From Lachnospiraceae bacterium (lineage in GTDB: Bacteria; Bacillota; Clostridia; Lachnospirales; Lachnospiraceae): a DNA stretch of 64,000 nt. Shown here one piece after another: positions 1 through 8,682 of this stretch (position 1 is the stretch's first letter; each line of letters opens with the position of its first letter). The position numbers were made by a program, and so were the translations under genes. The notes beneath the pieces were generated by a model, which was not told the origin of the DNA, did no database searches, and saw only the letters and a list, made by a program, of their open reading frames with translations. Where the stretch lies: positions 111,875 to 175,874 of the forward strand of contig JAEDCQ010000001.1 of the NCBI GenBank assembly GCA_016294075.1, given 5' to 3'.

Positions 1-1
1 G

Positions 2-346
2 CTGGGAAAGCCAAAGGATGAAGAAGAGGCATATCGAATGATAAAAATGCTTCAGGGTAACACCCATCAGGTTTATACCGGAGTCAGTATTATCTGGCAG
101 CAGAATAACGATACACATGTCAGTTCCTTCGTTGCGATGACGGAAGTAGAACTGTATTATATGAATGAAGGAGAAATCCGTTCCTATATAGCCACAAAGG
201 AGCCCTATGACAAGGCAGGCGGATATGCAATCCAGGGATATTTTGCAAGATATGTCAAACAGATTAAGGGTGATTACAATAATGTAGTCGGTCTTCCGAT
301 AGGGAAATTATACCAAGTACTGAATAGCCTGAATCTATTATCATAA
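2..346 (+). CDS. maf: Maf-like nucleoside triphosphate pyrophosphatase (septum formation inhibitor family), 5' end cut by window edge
   Basis: The frame is open from position 2 (LGKPKDEEEAYRMIKMLQGNTHQVYTGV...). The C-terminal YDKAGGYAIQG...NVVGLP motifs are typical of Maf/YhdE. Confidence 0.85.
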   Translation: MGKPKDEEEAYRMIKMLQGNTHQVYTGVSIIWQQNNDTHVSSFVAMTEVELYYMNEGEIRSYIATKEPYDKAGGYAIQGYFARYVKQIKGDYNNVVGLPIGKLYQVLNSLNLLS

Positions 347-365
347 TTTAAGGAGGAATATAAGT

Positions 366-626
366 ATGCAGGGATATGATGAGGCTGTAGTAAAATGTTT
401 TTTAAAAAACCAGACACAATTATTTCCGGAGCCTGTTGCAGACAGCTATGAGGAAGCAGAGGCTTTCTTAGAGGAATGTATGGCCGTTGTGGCAAACTCC
501 AAAAAGGAGGTCTGGGAGTATTTTGATGAAGAATGTGTGGATATGGAAGGCGCGGATGAGGATGAAATTTTAGAAGCCGCAGAGGTTTTTGATGTAGGAG
601 ACGGCAGATATCTGATTGTAGAATAA
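366..626 (+). CDS. small, strongly acidic hypothetical protein (86 aa)
   Basis: AAGGAGGA lies about 8 nt upstream of the ATG. The protein is rich in Asp and Glu. I recognise no family. Confidence 0.5.
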   Translation: MQGYDEAVVKCFLKNQTQLFPEPVADSYEEAEAFLEECMAVVANSKKEVWEYFDEECVDMEGADEDEILEAAEVFDVGDGRYLIVE

Positions 627-672
627 GATGGTAATAAGTACATTGTGAAAAAAGGTAAGAAGGGAAAACCAT

Positions 673-1089
673 ATGAAAAATTTTATGAATGAATTTAAAA
701 AATTTATTGCCCGCGGCAATGTAATGGATATGGCAGTCGGTATTATTATCGGCGGGGCATTCACAGCGATTGTAACCTCTCTTGTAAATGATATTATCAA
801 TCCGCTTCTCGGATTATTCGGCGGTATGAATTTTGATCAGCTTGAGTGGAACATAACCGGAGATGTTGTTCTGTATTACGGTAAATTTATTACAGCTATC
901 ATCAATTTCCTGATTATGGCATTGGTTATTTTTATTCTGGTTCGAATGATTAACAGGGCAGGAGAAAAATTCTCAAAGAAGAAAGAGGAAAAGCCGGCAC
1001 CTACAACCAAAAAGTGTCCGTACTGCAAAAGTGAAATTGCTATTGATGCAACAAGATGTCCGCATTGTACGTCACAGATAGAAGAATAA
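673..1089 (+). CDS. mscL: large-conductance mechanosensitive channel MscL with C-terminal CxxC...CxxC zinc-ribbon tail
   Basis: N-terminal [40 protein letters not shown] is the MscL signature. The tail reads [23 protein letters not shown]. Confidence 0.95.
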   Translation: MKNFMNEFKKFIARGNVMDMAVGIIIGGAFTAIVTSLVNDIINPLLGLFGGMNFDQLEWNITGDVVLYYGKFITAIINFLIMALVIFILVRMINRAGEKFSKKKEEKPAPTTKKCPYCKSEIAIDATRCPHCTSQIEE

Positions 1090-1106
1090 ATAAGTAAAAA
1101 GAAAAG

Positions 1107-1137
1107 ATACACTTCCGCATGGAGGTGTATTTTTTTA
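1107..1137 (+). terminator. Rho-independent terminator after mscL
   Basis: ATACACTTCC-GCAT-GGAGGTGTAT forms a 10-bp stem (one G-U pair) followed by T7. Confidence 0.7.
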
Positions 1138-1332
1138 TCCGAAATGAAGATTTACTCATGAATCCTCATGAATATTATAAATATGAACTTGATGTAAAAC
1201 AAAGCATGAAAATGATATTTAGAGCATGAAAATGATATTTTGATGCGGGATTTTTTGTTATGCTTTTTAAAAATAAGGAGTAATTTGAAAAATGTTTAGA
1301 AACCGTGATGATTAGAATGTGGAACTGCATGA

Positions 1333-1791
1333 TCCGGGATGGGTAAATGCGGAATGGGATTTTTGCCGGCATTCTGAATGATGCCAACGGATGAAAGCTT
1401 CTATGGGCAGTGGCCGAAATGTGGTGAAATTGACATTATGGAAGTTATGGGACAGAGTACGGATACGCTTCATGGGACACTTCATTTTGGAGAACCGCAT
1501 TCACAGAAGCAGGGCACTTATAAACTGAAAAATGGCGATTTTGCAAATGAGTTCCATGTGTTTGCATGTGAACGGGAACCGGGTGAGATGCGCTTTTATG
1601 TTGATAACGAACTGTACTTTACAGAGCATGAGTGGTTCACAAAACGAAACGGTTTTGATGAGGTTGCCTATCCGGCACCATTTGACCGGCCGTTTTATAT
1701 GATATTGAATGTTGCTGTCGGCGGAAGCTGGGTCGGTTATCCGGATACGCCGAATTTACAAATAACAATAATTATGAAGAAGATCAGGTGA
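1333..1791 (+). pseudogene. glycoside hydrolase family 16 (laminarinase/beta-glucanase-like) remnant
   Basis: The catalytic EIDIME motif is present. The conserved PAFW(M)MP motif reads CCG GCA TTC TGA ATG ATG CCA, so the Trp codon is a stop at 1375-1377. The N-terminal part is missing and the C-terminus diverges after GYPD. Confidence 0.7.
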
Positions 1792-2654
1792 ATTTACAGT
1801 ATTCACAGTTTATTACCGGAACAGAATTTCATAAAAACCGTATTCAGCAGATGATTCACGGAAATCTGGACGGATTAAAGGAAGGAGAAGCGGTTGATAA
1901 TAAAACAGTAATTGAGCGTTTCTTTGGAATGGCGGGTGCTGCGGTTTCGTCCTATTGCGGAGATAAGGACTGCTTTATCGGAAAATATCATGGATATGGA
2001 AATCCAATCGGTATCATAAACGGCAAGCTTGACGGAAGCTTAAATTATAACAGAAACGGCTGCGGAGCATTGGAAACAGAAATGACTCTGATGCCGGGAG
2101 AATCCAAAAGCATAGCGTTTATTCTGGGTATGAAAAAGGATGCAGAGGCCGCAGGAATTATAAATGAGTATGAAAATCCTGAGAAGAAATGCAAAGAAGA
2201 ACTGAATGAACTGATAAAATTCTGGCATGGAAAATTTAATGCTTTTAGAGTGCAGACTCCAAGCAAAGAATTCAATACGATGATTAACACGTGGAATGCT
2301 TATAACTGCTTTATGACCTTTATCTGGTCAAGAGCTGCATCCTTTATTTATTGCGGACTCAGAAATGGATATGGTTATCGCGATACCGTACAGGATATTC
2401 AGGGAATTATTCATCTGGACCCGGAAATGGCTGTCGAAAAGATTCGATTTATGTTATCCGCACAGGTAAATAACGGGGCAGGGCTTCCACTTGTTAAATT
2501 TACGCATAATCCGGGACATGAAGACACACCGGATGATGCATCTTACGTAAAAGAAACCGGTCATCCCGCATATAGAGCAGATGATGCATTATGGCTGCTT
2601 CCCCCGGTATATAAATACATTGGAAATACCTACTTCTTTCTTGAAAAGACTTGA
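1788..2654 (+). pseudogene. glycoside hydrolase family 94 (cellobiose/laminaribiose phosphorylase-like) internal fragment
   Basis: The 288 aa match only the central part of ~800-aa GH94 enzymes (FIGKYHG..., NTWNAYNCFMTF.WSRAAS, GYGYRDTVQD, RADDALWL). Both the N- and C-terminal thirds are absent. Confidence 0.7.
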
Positions 2655-3035
2655 AAGATAACCGGGCGATAGATGAAGGTATTCGGAAAGCCCTGCCAAC
2701 GTTATTTTGTAATGAATATGGCTGTATATATAGTCCAGACATAGAACAATTGGTCTGGAAATAACCTTTTTTTTCATTACAGGAAGCATCTGCTGACAGT
2801 AATCAATACACATGGTATCATGCAGCCTGGAAATCTCCTCAACAGAACGGCACTTATCCATCTTTAAAATATAGAAATCACTCAGTCCATAGGCTTTTTC
2901 CTGCTCCATGCCGTTATGCACGCAATATCTTGCAATCATGGCAGTGGTTACCACAAAATGATAACGAATGTTCTGCAAATGATTTTCAGACAGCTTTCCC
3001 ATACCGTCCGGATTTGTAAACTTTGTTATATTCAT
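2589..3035 (-). pseudogene. AraC-family transcriptional regulator, truncated inside the HTH domain
   Basis: ITLAGLSEYLHLSPGYLSSLFKKEVGIS is the first AraC HTH. The ORF then ends 10 codons later, where it runs into the GH94 remnant. The second HTH is missing. Confidence 0.6.
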
Positions 3036-3043
3036 ACAGACAA

Positions 3044-3970
3044 CTACAGTCCTTTTTCCAAACGCTTACGATAATCCGGTGTATTTTTCATACAGAGTTT
3101 ATCTTCGAACATTTCGTATTCGGCATCAGCAAGTTTATCACTCAAGGATTCTTCCACATTTTCTTTTAATACGTTGCCGATTGCAACAGAAGGGGCAAGA
3201 CGTGCATCCTCGTATGCTTCACAGTCTGCTTTTACATTGGAACAGAACGCTTCACTTTCACCATCCTCCGGCATTGGAATCAGTACATTGAAGACATCTC
3301 CGTCAACACGGCCGATGATATATTCAGGCTTTGAGTTCCTGATAATAATATCGGCAATAATACGAATCAGACGGTCACTTTCTTCCTCACCATAATTGTC
3401 ATTTGCAAATTTCCAATCATTTATATTGATACAAATCGCACTTACGGGTGCAATTTGTGAGCGGTCAACGATTTTCAGGCGGTTTTCAAAATATGTACGG
3501 TTTAAAACACCTGTAAGCGCATCATTTTTTTCGCCGTGCTTTGCCTGATAAGATTCTTTTTCCAGCTTTTCTTCCAATTCATCCGCATATACGGCTGTTT
3601 CTTTATGGTGATAGGTTTGTTCACCTACAGCCTCATAAGTCTCAATCAGCTTTTCCAAAAAGGTTGAGACAAGTGGGAGAGTAGCTTCATCAACATTATC
3701 ATAACGAAGATAGATATGCGCAACGGTACGGTGTGCAACCCGCAGCTTGTTTCCCGGCTCATTTATAACGTCAGGATGGAAGGAGGCAAAATTTCCGAAG
3801 GAAATCATTTTCTCACCATGTCTGTCTGTAACCAGTATTTCAACACCGGACAATTTATGTAATATTTCAAGCTGTTCACTCATCCTGTTTGTGTCCAACA
3901 GTGATGGCAGACTATAATTTTTTATATTATCTTTTAAGCGCTTTTCTAAAGAAACAGAACCATATGCCAT
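3044..3970 (-). CDS. GGDEF-domain protein with degenerate active site and an uncharacterised N-terminal sensor domain
   Basis: DALTGVLNRTYF starts a GGDEF fold, but the signature reads GRVDGDVF instead of GGDEF/GGEEF. The ORF is open to 4024. I prefer the ATG at 3970 because AAAGGTGG lies 8 nt upstream. Confidence 0.8.
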   Translation of the reverse strand: MAYGSVSLEKRLKDNIKNYSLPSLLDTNRMSEQLEILHKLSGVEILVTDRHGEKMISFGNFASFHPDVINEPGNKLRVAHRTVAHIYLRYDNVDEATLPLVSTFLEKLIETYEAVGEQTYHHKETAVYADELEEKLEKESYQAKHGEKNDALTGVLNRTYFENRLKIVDRSQIAPVSAICININDWKFANDNYGEEESDRLIRIIADIIIRNSKPEYIIGRVDGDVFNVLIPMPEDGESEAFCSNVKADCEAYEDARLAPSVAIGNVLKENVEESLSDKLADAEYEMFEDKLCMKNTPDYRKRLEKGL

Positions 3971-4156
3971 GAAGATTACCACCTTTCTTTCCGGTTCGGA
4001 TAACGATACCTGATTGTTATGCATATATTTATTTCTATTTTACAATTCATATCATATAATTGCAAGCAGGAGAAAATATACTTTCATTTGCGTAACTCCC
4101 GCAATTGTGTTATTGTCAAATTAAATATGTTGTAATGGTTTACATAGGAGAAAAAT

Positions 4157-6949
4157 ATGGCTATAGAAAGCAAATCAAATATTCTGAATAAATGTATGAA
4201 AGGGATATCCGTATTTTTTTATGGGATGTTACTACTTGTACTGCTGTTTGTTTTGATTGGACAATTTATTTTTCCGGATGAAAGAGATAGAACCTCTACA
4301 GAATGTCAGGTGTTTGATACCCAATGGCAGCAAATACTTGAAAACGGTGACCGTATTGATGTGTGTGTCCCCGGGAAAATACCTGCTAAGTGGGGAGAAA
4401 AGGTTTCTATAGTAACAACACTTCCGGAAAAAGTATATTCTTCAGAAACGATTTGCTTTCGATCCATTTGGCAGGATGTAGAAGTATATATTGACGGTGA
4501 ACTCAGACAAAGCTATTCAACGAAGGATTCACGCCCATTTGGTAAAAACAGTGCATTTCGCTGTATATTTGTGGAATTGGAAGAGTCAGATGCCGGAAAA
4601 GAAATGATTTATCAGTTTACCAGTGAATCCAAATATGCAGGGACCATGAAAAAGGTGTATATTGGTGACCGTTCCAGCATATGGTTCTATTTGATGGGTG
4701 TGTACGGTGTTCGTGCAATTGTATCGTTATTTTTACTAATGTTAAGCTTTTTCTGCATTATTATCTGCCTTGTATACTTTATTGCGTACAAAAAGATATT
4801 GCCTTTGAGTTATCTTATCTGGACTTTGTTTTTATGTGCTCTCTGGATGATGTCGGAAATTGAATTCAGACAGGTGATTTTCCGCAATATATCATCGTTA
4901 TCAAATGTGACCTACTGGTGCCTTATGCTGCTTCCGATTCCAATGAGCCTTTATATGAACAGCATTCAGAAGAAACGTTATGAAAAATTATACTCGTTGG
5001 TGACGATATATGCTGTTGTTGTGTTTGTTGTGGGAACGCTTCTGCAGGTATTTGACGTGGTGCAGTTTGTGCAGCAATTGCCGTTCGTTCATTTTGGACT
5101 CATTTTTGCAATTATATGTATTGTAGCTACCATTATTATGGATATCTGTAAACGACATATAAAAGATTATTTTGCAGTAGGGCTTGGCATATGCGGAATG
5201 CTTGTGTCGGCGATTTTTGAAATGGCATTTTATTATATTAACATGAATATCACACTCGGTACATTCTTAGTGGTAGGACTCTTGTTCTTGCTTGCAATGG
5301 CGATAATAAAAACCGGACAGGATCTTTTGGACATTGAAAAAGAAAAGCAGAAAGCTATCATGGCAAAGGATGCACAGACGAAATTTCTTGCCAATATGTC
5401 ACATGAAATCCGTACTCCGATTAATGCTGTTATTGGTATGAATGAAATGATACTGCGTGAAAATGAGGATGAGACCATACGCGGTTATGCTGAAAATATA
5501 CAAAGTGCGAGCAATATGCTCTTAGAGCTGATTAACGATATATTGGATATGTCAAAAATTGAGTCCGGCGAGTTGGAATTGGTAGAGAATACCTATTATC
5601 TTGCTTCCCTGATTAAGGATGAACAGCTTCTTTTGACGGCACGGGTTGGAGGAAAAGCAATTTCAACAAAGGTGGAAGTGGACAGTGAGATACCGGCAAA
5701 GCTTTATGGAGATGAACTGCGTATTAAGCAGATATTGACAAATCTTCTTTCTAACGCAGTTAAATATACAAAACAGGGAAGCGTTACCCTGAAGGTATAT
5801 TCAAAATGGATAGAGAAAGATACGATTATGCTCAGCTTTTCCGTAAAAGATACGGGAATCGGTATCCGCAAGGAGGATATTCCGAATATGTTTGATAAGT
5901 TTAAACGATTGGAGCTAAGCCGTAATCGAAATGTGGAGGGGACCGGTTTGGGACTGAATATTGTAAAGCAGTTAGTTGAGCAGATGCATGGTAAAATAAA
6001 GGTGGAAAGTGAATATGGAAAGGGCTCGGAATTTACGATATCCATTCCGCAAAAGGTAATGGATAAAAATCCGATTGGAGATATGCAGCAGTCCATTAGG
6101 GAAAGCAGAGCAGAAAATCGCACATCGGAGAAATTATTTACGGCTCCGGATGCCATTATTCTGGCGGTGGATGACAATGCAATGAACCTTACGCTGATGA
6201 AGGCACTGTTAAAAAGAACAAAGATTCAGATAGATACGGCAACCGGCGGAAAGGCATGCTTAGAGCTTACAAAGCAGAAAAAATACGATATGATTCTTAT
6301 GGATCATATGATGCCTGAACTGGACGGAATCGAAACATTGAAGCTTCTGAAGGCGGATTCTGATAATATAAATAAAGATACCGTTGTTATTGCGTTAACG
6401 GCAAATGCTGTTGAGGGCTCACGGGAAATGTATCTGGAATATGGATTTAATGACTATTTCTCAAAACCGATTCAGGCAGACAAGCTGGATGAACTGTTAA
6501 TACAATATCTGCCGGAGAACCTTGTACATATGGAAAAAAAGGAAACAGAGGCAGCAGAAGAAACGGATACGGCAGAAGATGATTTAAATCCCGTATCACA
6601 GGAGATTTCTTCCGAGCTTCTGGCGATAGACAGGACTGTCGGCTTATCCTATTGTCTTAACTCGGAGGAGATATATAAGGAAGTTCTTACAGAGTTCTGT
6701 ACACAGGTAGAGACCTATCTGCCACAGTTGGAAACTGCCCTGAATGAAAAAAATTGGGCTGAATACGCAATTATTACCCACGCACTGAAAGGAAATTCAC
6801 TCAATATCGGAGCGTCTGAATTTTCCAAATTATCCTTAGAGCATGAGCTTGCCGGAAAAGAAGAAAATACTGCGTTTATTTATTCCAAATATGGTGTATA
6901 TCGTGCCGCCCTAATTAAGCTGGCGGAAGAAGTGAAGGCGATGATTTAG
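4157..6949 (+). CDS. hybrid sensor histidine kinase (N-terminal extracytoplasmic domain + ~7 TM, HisKA, HATPase_c, REC, Hpt)
   Basis: H-box FLANMSHEIRTPINAVIGMNE; G-boxes GTGLGLNIVKQL; REC ILAVDDNAMNL...MDHMMPELDG; C-terminal Hpt ITHALKGNSLNIGA. AGGAGA RBS upstream. Confidence 0.9.
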   Translation: MAIESKSNILNKCMKGISVFFYGMLLLVLLFVLIGQFIFPDERDRTSTECQVFDTQWQQILENGDRIDVCVPGKIPAKWGEKVSIVTTLPEKVYSSETICFRSIWQDVEVYIDGELRQSYSTKDSRPFGKNSAFRCIFVELEESDAGKEMIYQFTSESKYAGTMKKVYIGDRSSIWFYLMGVYGVRAIVSLFLLMLSFFCIIICLVYFIAYKKILPLSYLIWTLFLCALWMMSEIEFRQVIFRNISSLSNVTYWCLMLLPIPMSLYMNSIQKKRYEKLYSLVTIYAVVVFVVGTLLQVFDVVQFVQQLPFVHFGLIFAIICIVATIIMDICKRHIKDYFAVGLGICGMLVSAIFEMAFYYINMNITLGTFLVVGLLFLLAMAIIKTGQDLLDIEKEKQKAIMAKDAQTKFLANMSHEIRTPINAVIGMNEMILRENEDETIRGYAENIQSASNMLLELINDILDMSKIESGELELVENTYYLASLIKDEQLLLTARVGGKAISTKVEVDSEIPAKLYGDELRIKQILTNLLSNAVKYTKQGSVTLKVYSKWIEKDTIMLSFSVKDTGIGIRKEDIPNMFDKFKRLELSRNRNVEGTGLGLNIVKQLVEQMHGKIKVESEYGKGSEFTISIPQKVMDKNPIGDMQQSIRESRAENRTSEKLFTAPDAIILAVDDNAMNLTLMKALLKRTKIQIDTATGGKACLELTKQKKYDMILMDHMMPELDGIETLKLLKADSDNINKDTVVIALTANAVEGSREMYLEYGFNDYFSKPIQADKLDELLIQYLPENLVHMEKKETEAAEETDTAEDDLNPVSQEISSELLAIDRTVGLSYCLNSEEIYKEVLTEFCTQVETYLPQLETALNEKNWAEYAIITHALKGNSLNIGASEFSKLSLEHELAGKEENTAFIYSKYGVYRAALIKLAEEVKAMI

Positions 6950-6960
6950 AAGGGGTATTC

Positions 6961-6988
6961 TTGCAAAACTTCTTCTTTTATGTATAAT
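6961..6988 (+). promoter_or_regulatory. sigma-A-type promoter upstream of the ABC-F gene
   Basis: TTGCAA, 16-nt spacer, TATAAT. Confidence 0.55.
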
Positions 6989-7038
6989 AGGATTTGTGAC
7001 TTTAAACCATAGAAACCATAGAAAATAGAGGGTTTACG

Positions 7039-8682
7039 ATGATTAGTGCAAATAATGTAACGTATAGAGTAGGCAAAAAAGCCTTATTTGAAGATGTCAA
7101 CATCAAATTCACGGAAGGAAACTGTTACGGTCTTATCGGAGCGAACGGTGCCGGTAAGTCTACCTTTTTAAAGATTCTTTCAGGACAGCTCGAGACAACA
7201 AAGGGTGAGATTGCAATAACACCCGGACAGCGTTTGTCCTTTTTAGAGCAGGACCATTTCAAATACGATGCATATACGGTTATGGATACGGTTATTTTGG
7301 GAAATAAGCGTCTCTATGAAATCATGAAGGAAAAGGACGCCATCTACGCAAAAGAGGATTTTACGGATGAGGACGGAATCCGCGCCAGCGAACTGGAAGC
7401 GGAATTTGCGGAAATGGACGGATGGGAAGCGGAGTCCAATGCGGCTATGCTGTTAAACGGTCTTGGCATTGATACATCTCTGCATTATGCTCTGATGAGT
7501 GACTTAACAGGTAATGATAAGGTTAAGATTCTGCTTGCAAAAGCATTGTTCGGTAATCCGGATATTCTGCTTTTGGATGAGCCGACCAACCATTTGGATT
7601 TGGATGCGATTGCATGGCTGGAGGAGTTTTTAATCAACTTTGACAATACGGTTATCGTAGTATCCCATGACCGTTATTTCTTAAATAAGGTATGTACCCA
7701 TACAGCCGATATCGATTACGGTAAGATTCAGCTATATGCCGGCAACTATGATTTCTGGTATGAGTCCAGCCAGCTTCTGATTAAGCAGATGAAGGAAGCA
7801 AATAAGAAAAAAGAAGAGAAAATCAAGGAATTACAGGAGTTTATTTCCCGTTTCTCCGCGAATGCTTCCAAGTCTAAGCAGGCGACCTCCAGAAAGCGTG
7901 CTCTTGAAAAAATTGAATTGGATACCATTAAGCCATCCAGCCGAAAATACCCTTATATTGATTTCAGACCCGACAGAGAGATTGGTAATGAAGTTCTTAC
8001 GGTAGATGGAATCAGTAAGACCATCAACGGTGAAAAGGTGTTGGATAACATTTCCTTTATCGTGGGACACGATGATAAGATTGCATTTGTTGGAAGTAAT
8101 GAAATTGCAAAAACCACATTGTTTAAGATTTTAGTCGGTGAAATGGAGCCGGATGAGGGAACCTATAAATGGGGCGTTACGACATCACAGGCATATTTTC
8201 CGAAGGATAATACCGAAGAATTTGACAACGATTATACGATTACAGAATGGCTGACGGGATATTCTCCTGTAAAGGATGTAACGTATGTACGTGGTTTCCT
8301 CGGAAGAATGTTATTTGCCGGCGAAGATGGTGTAAAGAAGGTTAAGGTTTTATCCGGTGGTGAAAAGGTACGCTGTCTGTTATCCAAGATGATGATTTCC
8401 GGTGCAAACTGTCTTATTTTTGATGAGCCGACAAACCATTTGGATATGGAATCCATTACCGCATTAAACGAAGGTATGATTAAGTTCCCGGGTGTAGAAC
8501 TTTTCTCCTGCCACGACCATCAGGTTGTACAGACCACAGCGAACCGTATTATGGAAATTCTTCCTGACGGAACGATGATTGATAAGATTACGACCTACGA
8601 TGAATATCTGGAAAATGACGAAATGGCAAGAAAACGTACTGTTTATAATGCAGACGCAGCGAGAAGTGAAGATGAAGACTAA
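7039..8682 (+). CDS. ABC-F family ATPase (YbiT/YkpA-like, two NBDs, no TM domain)
   Basis: Two Walker A motifs (GANGAGKST, GSNEIAKTT), two LSGG-type signatures and a charged linker. Collinear similarity to E. coli YbiT as I recall it. Confidence 0.9.
   Translation: MISANNVTYRVGKKALFEDVNIKFTEGNCYGLIGANGAGKSTFLKILSGQLETTKGEIAITPGQRLSFLEQDHFKYDAYTVMDTVILGNKRLYEIMKEKDAIYAKEDFTDEDGIRASELEAEFAEMDGWEAESNAAMLLNGLGIDTSLHYALMSDLTGNDKVKILLAKALFGNPDILLLDEPTNHLDLDAIAWLEEFLINFDNTVIVVSHDRYFLNKVCTHTADIDYGKIQLYAGNYDFWYESSQLLIKQMKEANKKKEEKIKELQEFISRFSANASKSKQATSRKRALEKIELDTIKPSSRKYPYIDFRPDREIGNEVLTVDGISKTINGEKVLDNISFIVGHDDKIAFVGSNEIAKTTLFKILVGEMEPDEGTYKWGVTTSQAYFPKDNTEEFDNDYTITEWLTGYSPVKDVTYVRGFLGRMLFAGEDGVKKVKVLSGGEKVRCLLSKMMISGANCLIFDEPTNHLDMESITALNEGMIKFPGVELFSCHDHQVVQTTANRIMEILPDGTMIDKITTYDEYLENDEMARKRTVYNADAARSEDED

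Noticed and set aside
274-672. 132-aa minus-strand ORF overlapping maf and the acidic-protein gene.
   Set aside because: It is antisense to two well-supported + strand genes. The sequence is Pro/Leu/His-rich and low in complexity, and there is no RBS.
7006-7021. The 13-mer CATAGAAACCATA is shared by the 5' UTRs of the ABC-F gene and groES (about 10686-10700). A local ACCATAGAA x2 repeat is also present.
   Set aside because: A single 13-nt match between two sites in 64 kb of AT-rich sequence is within chance expectation. There is no supporting structure or palindrome.
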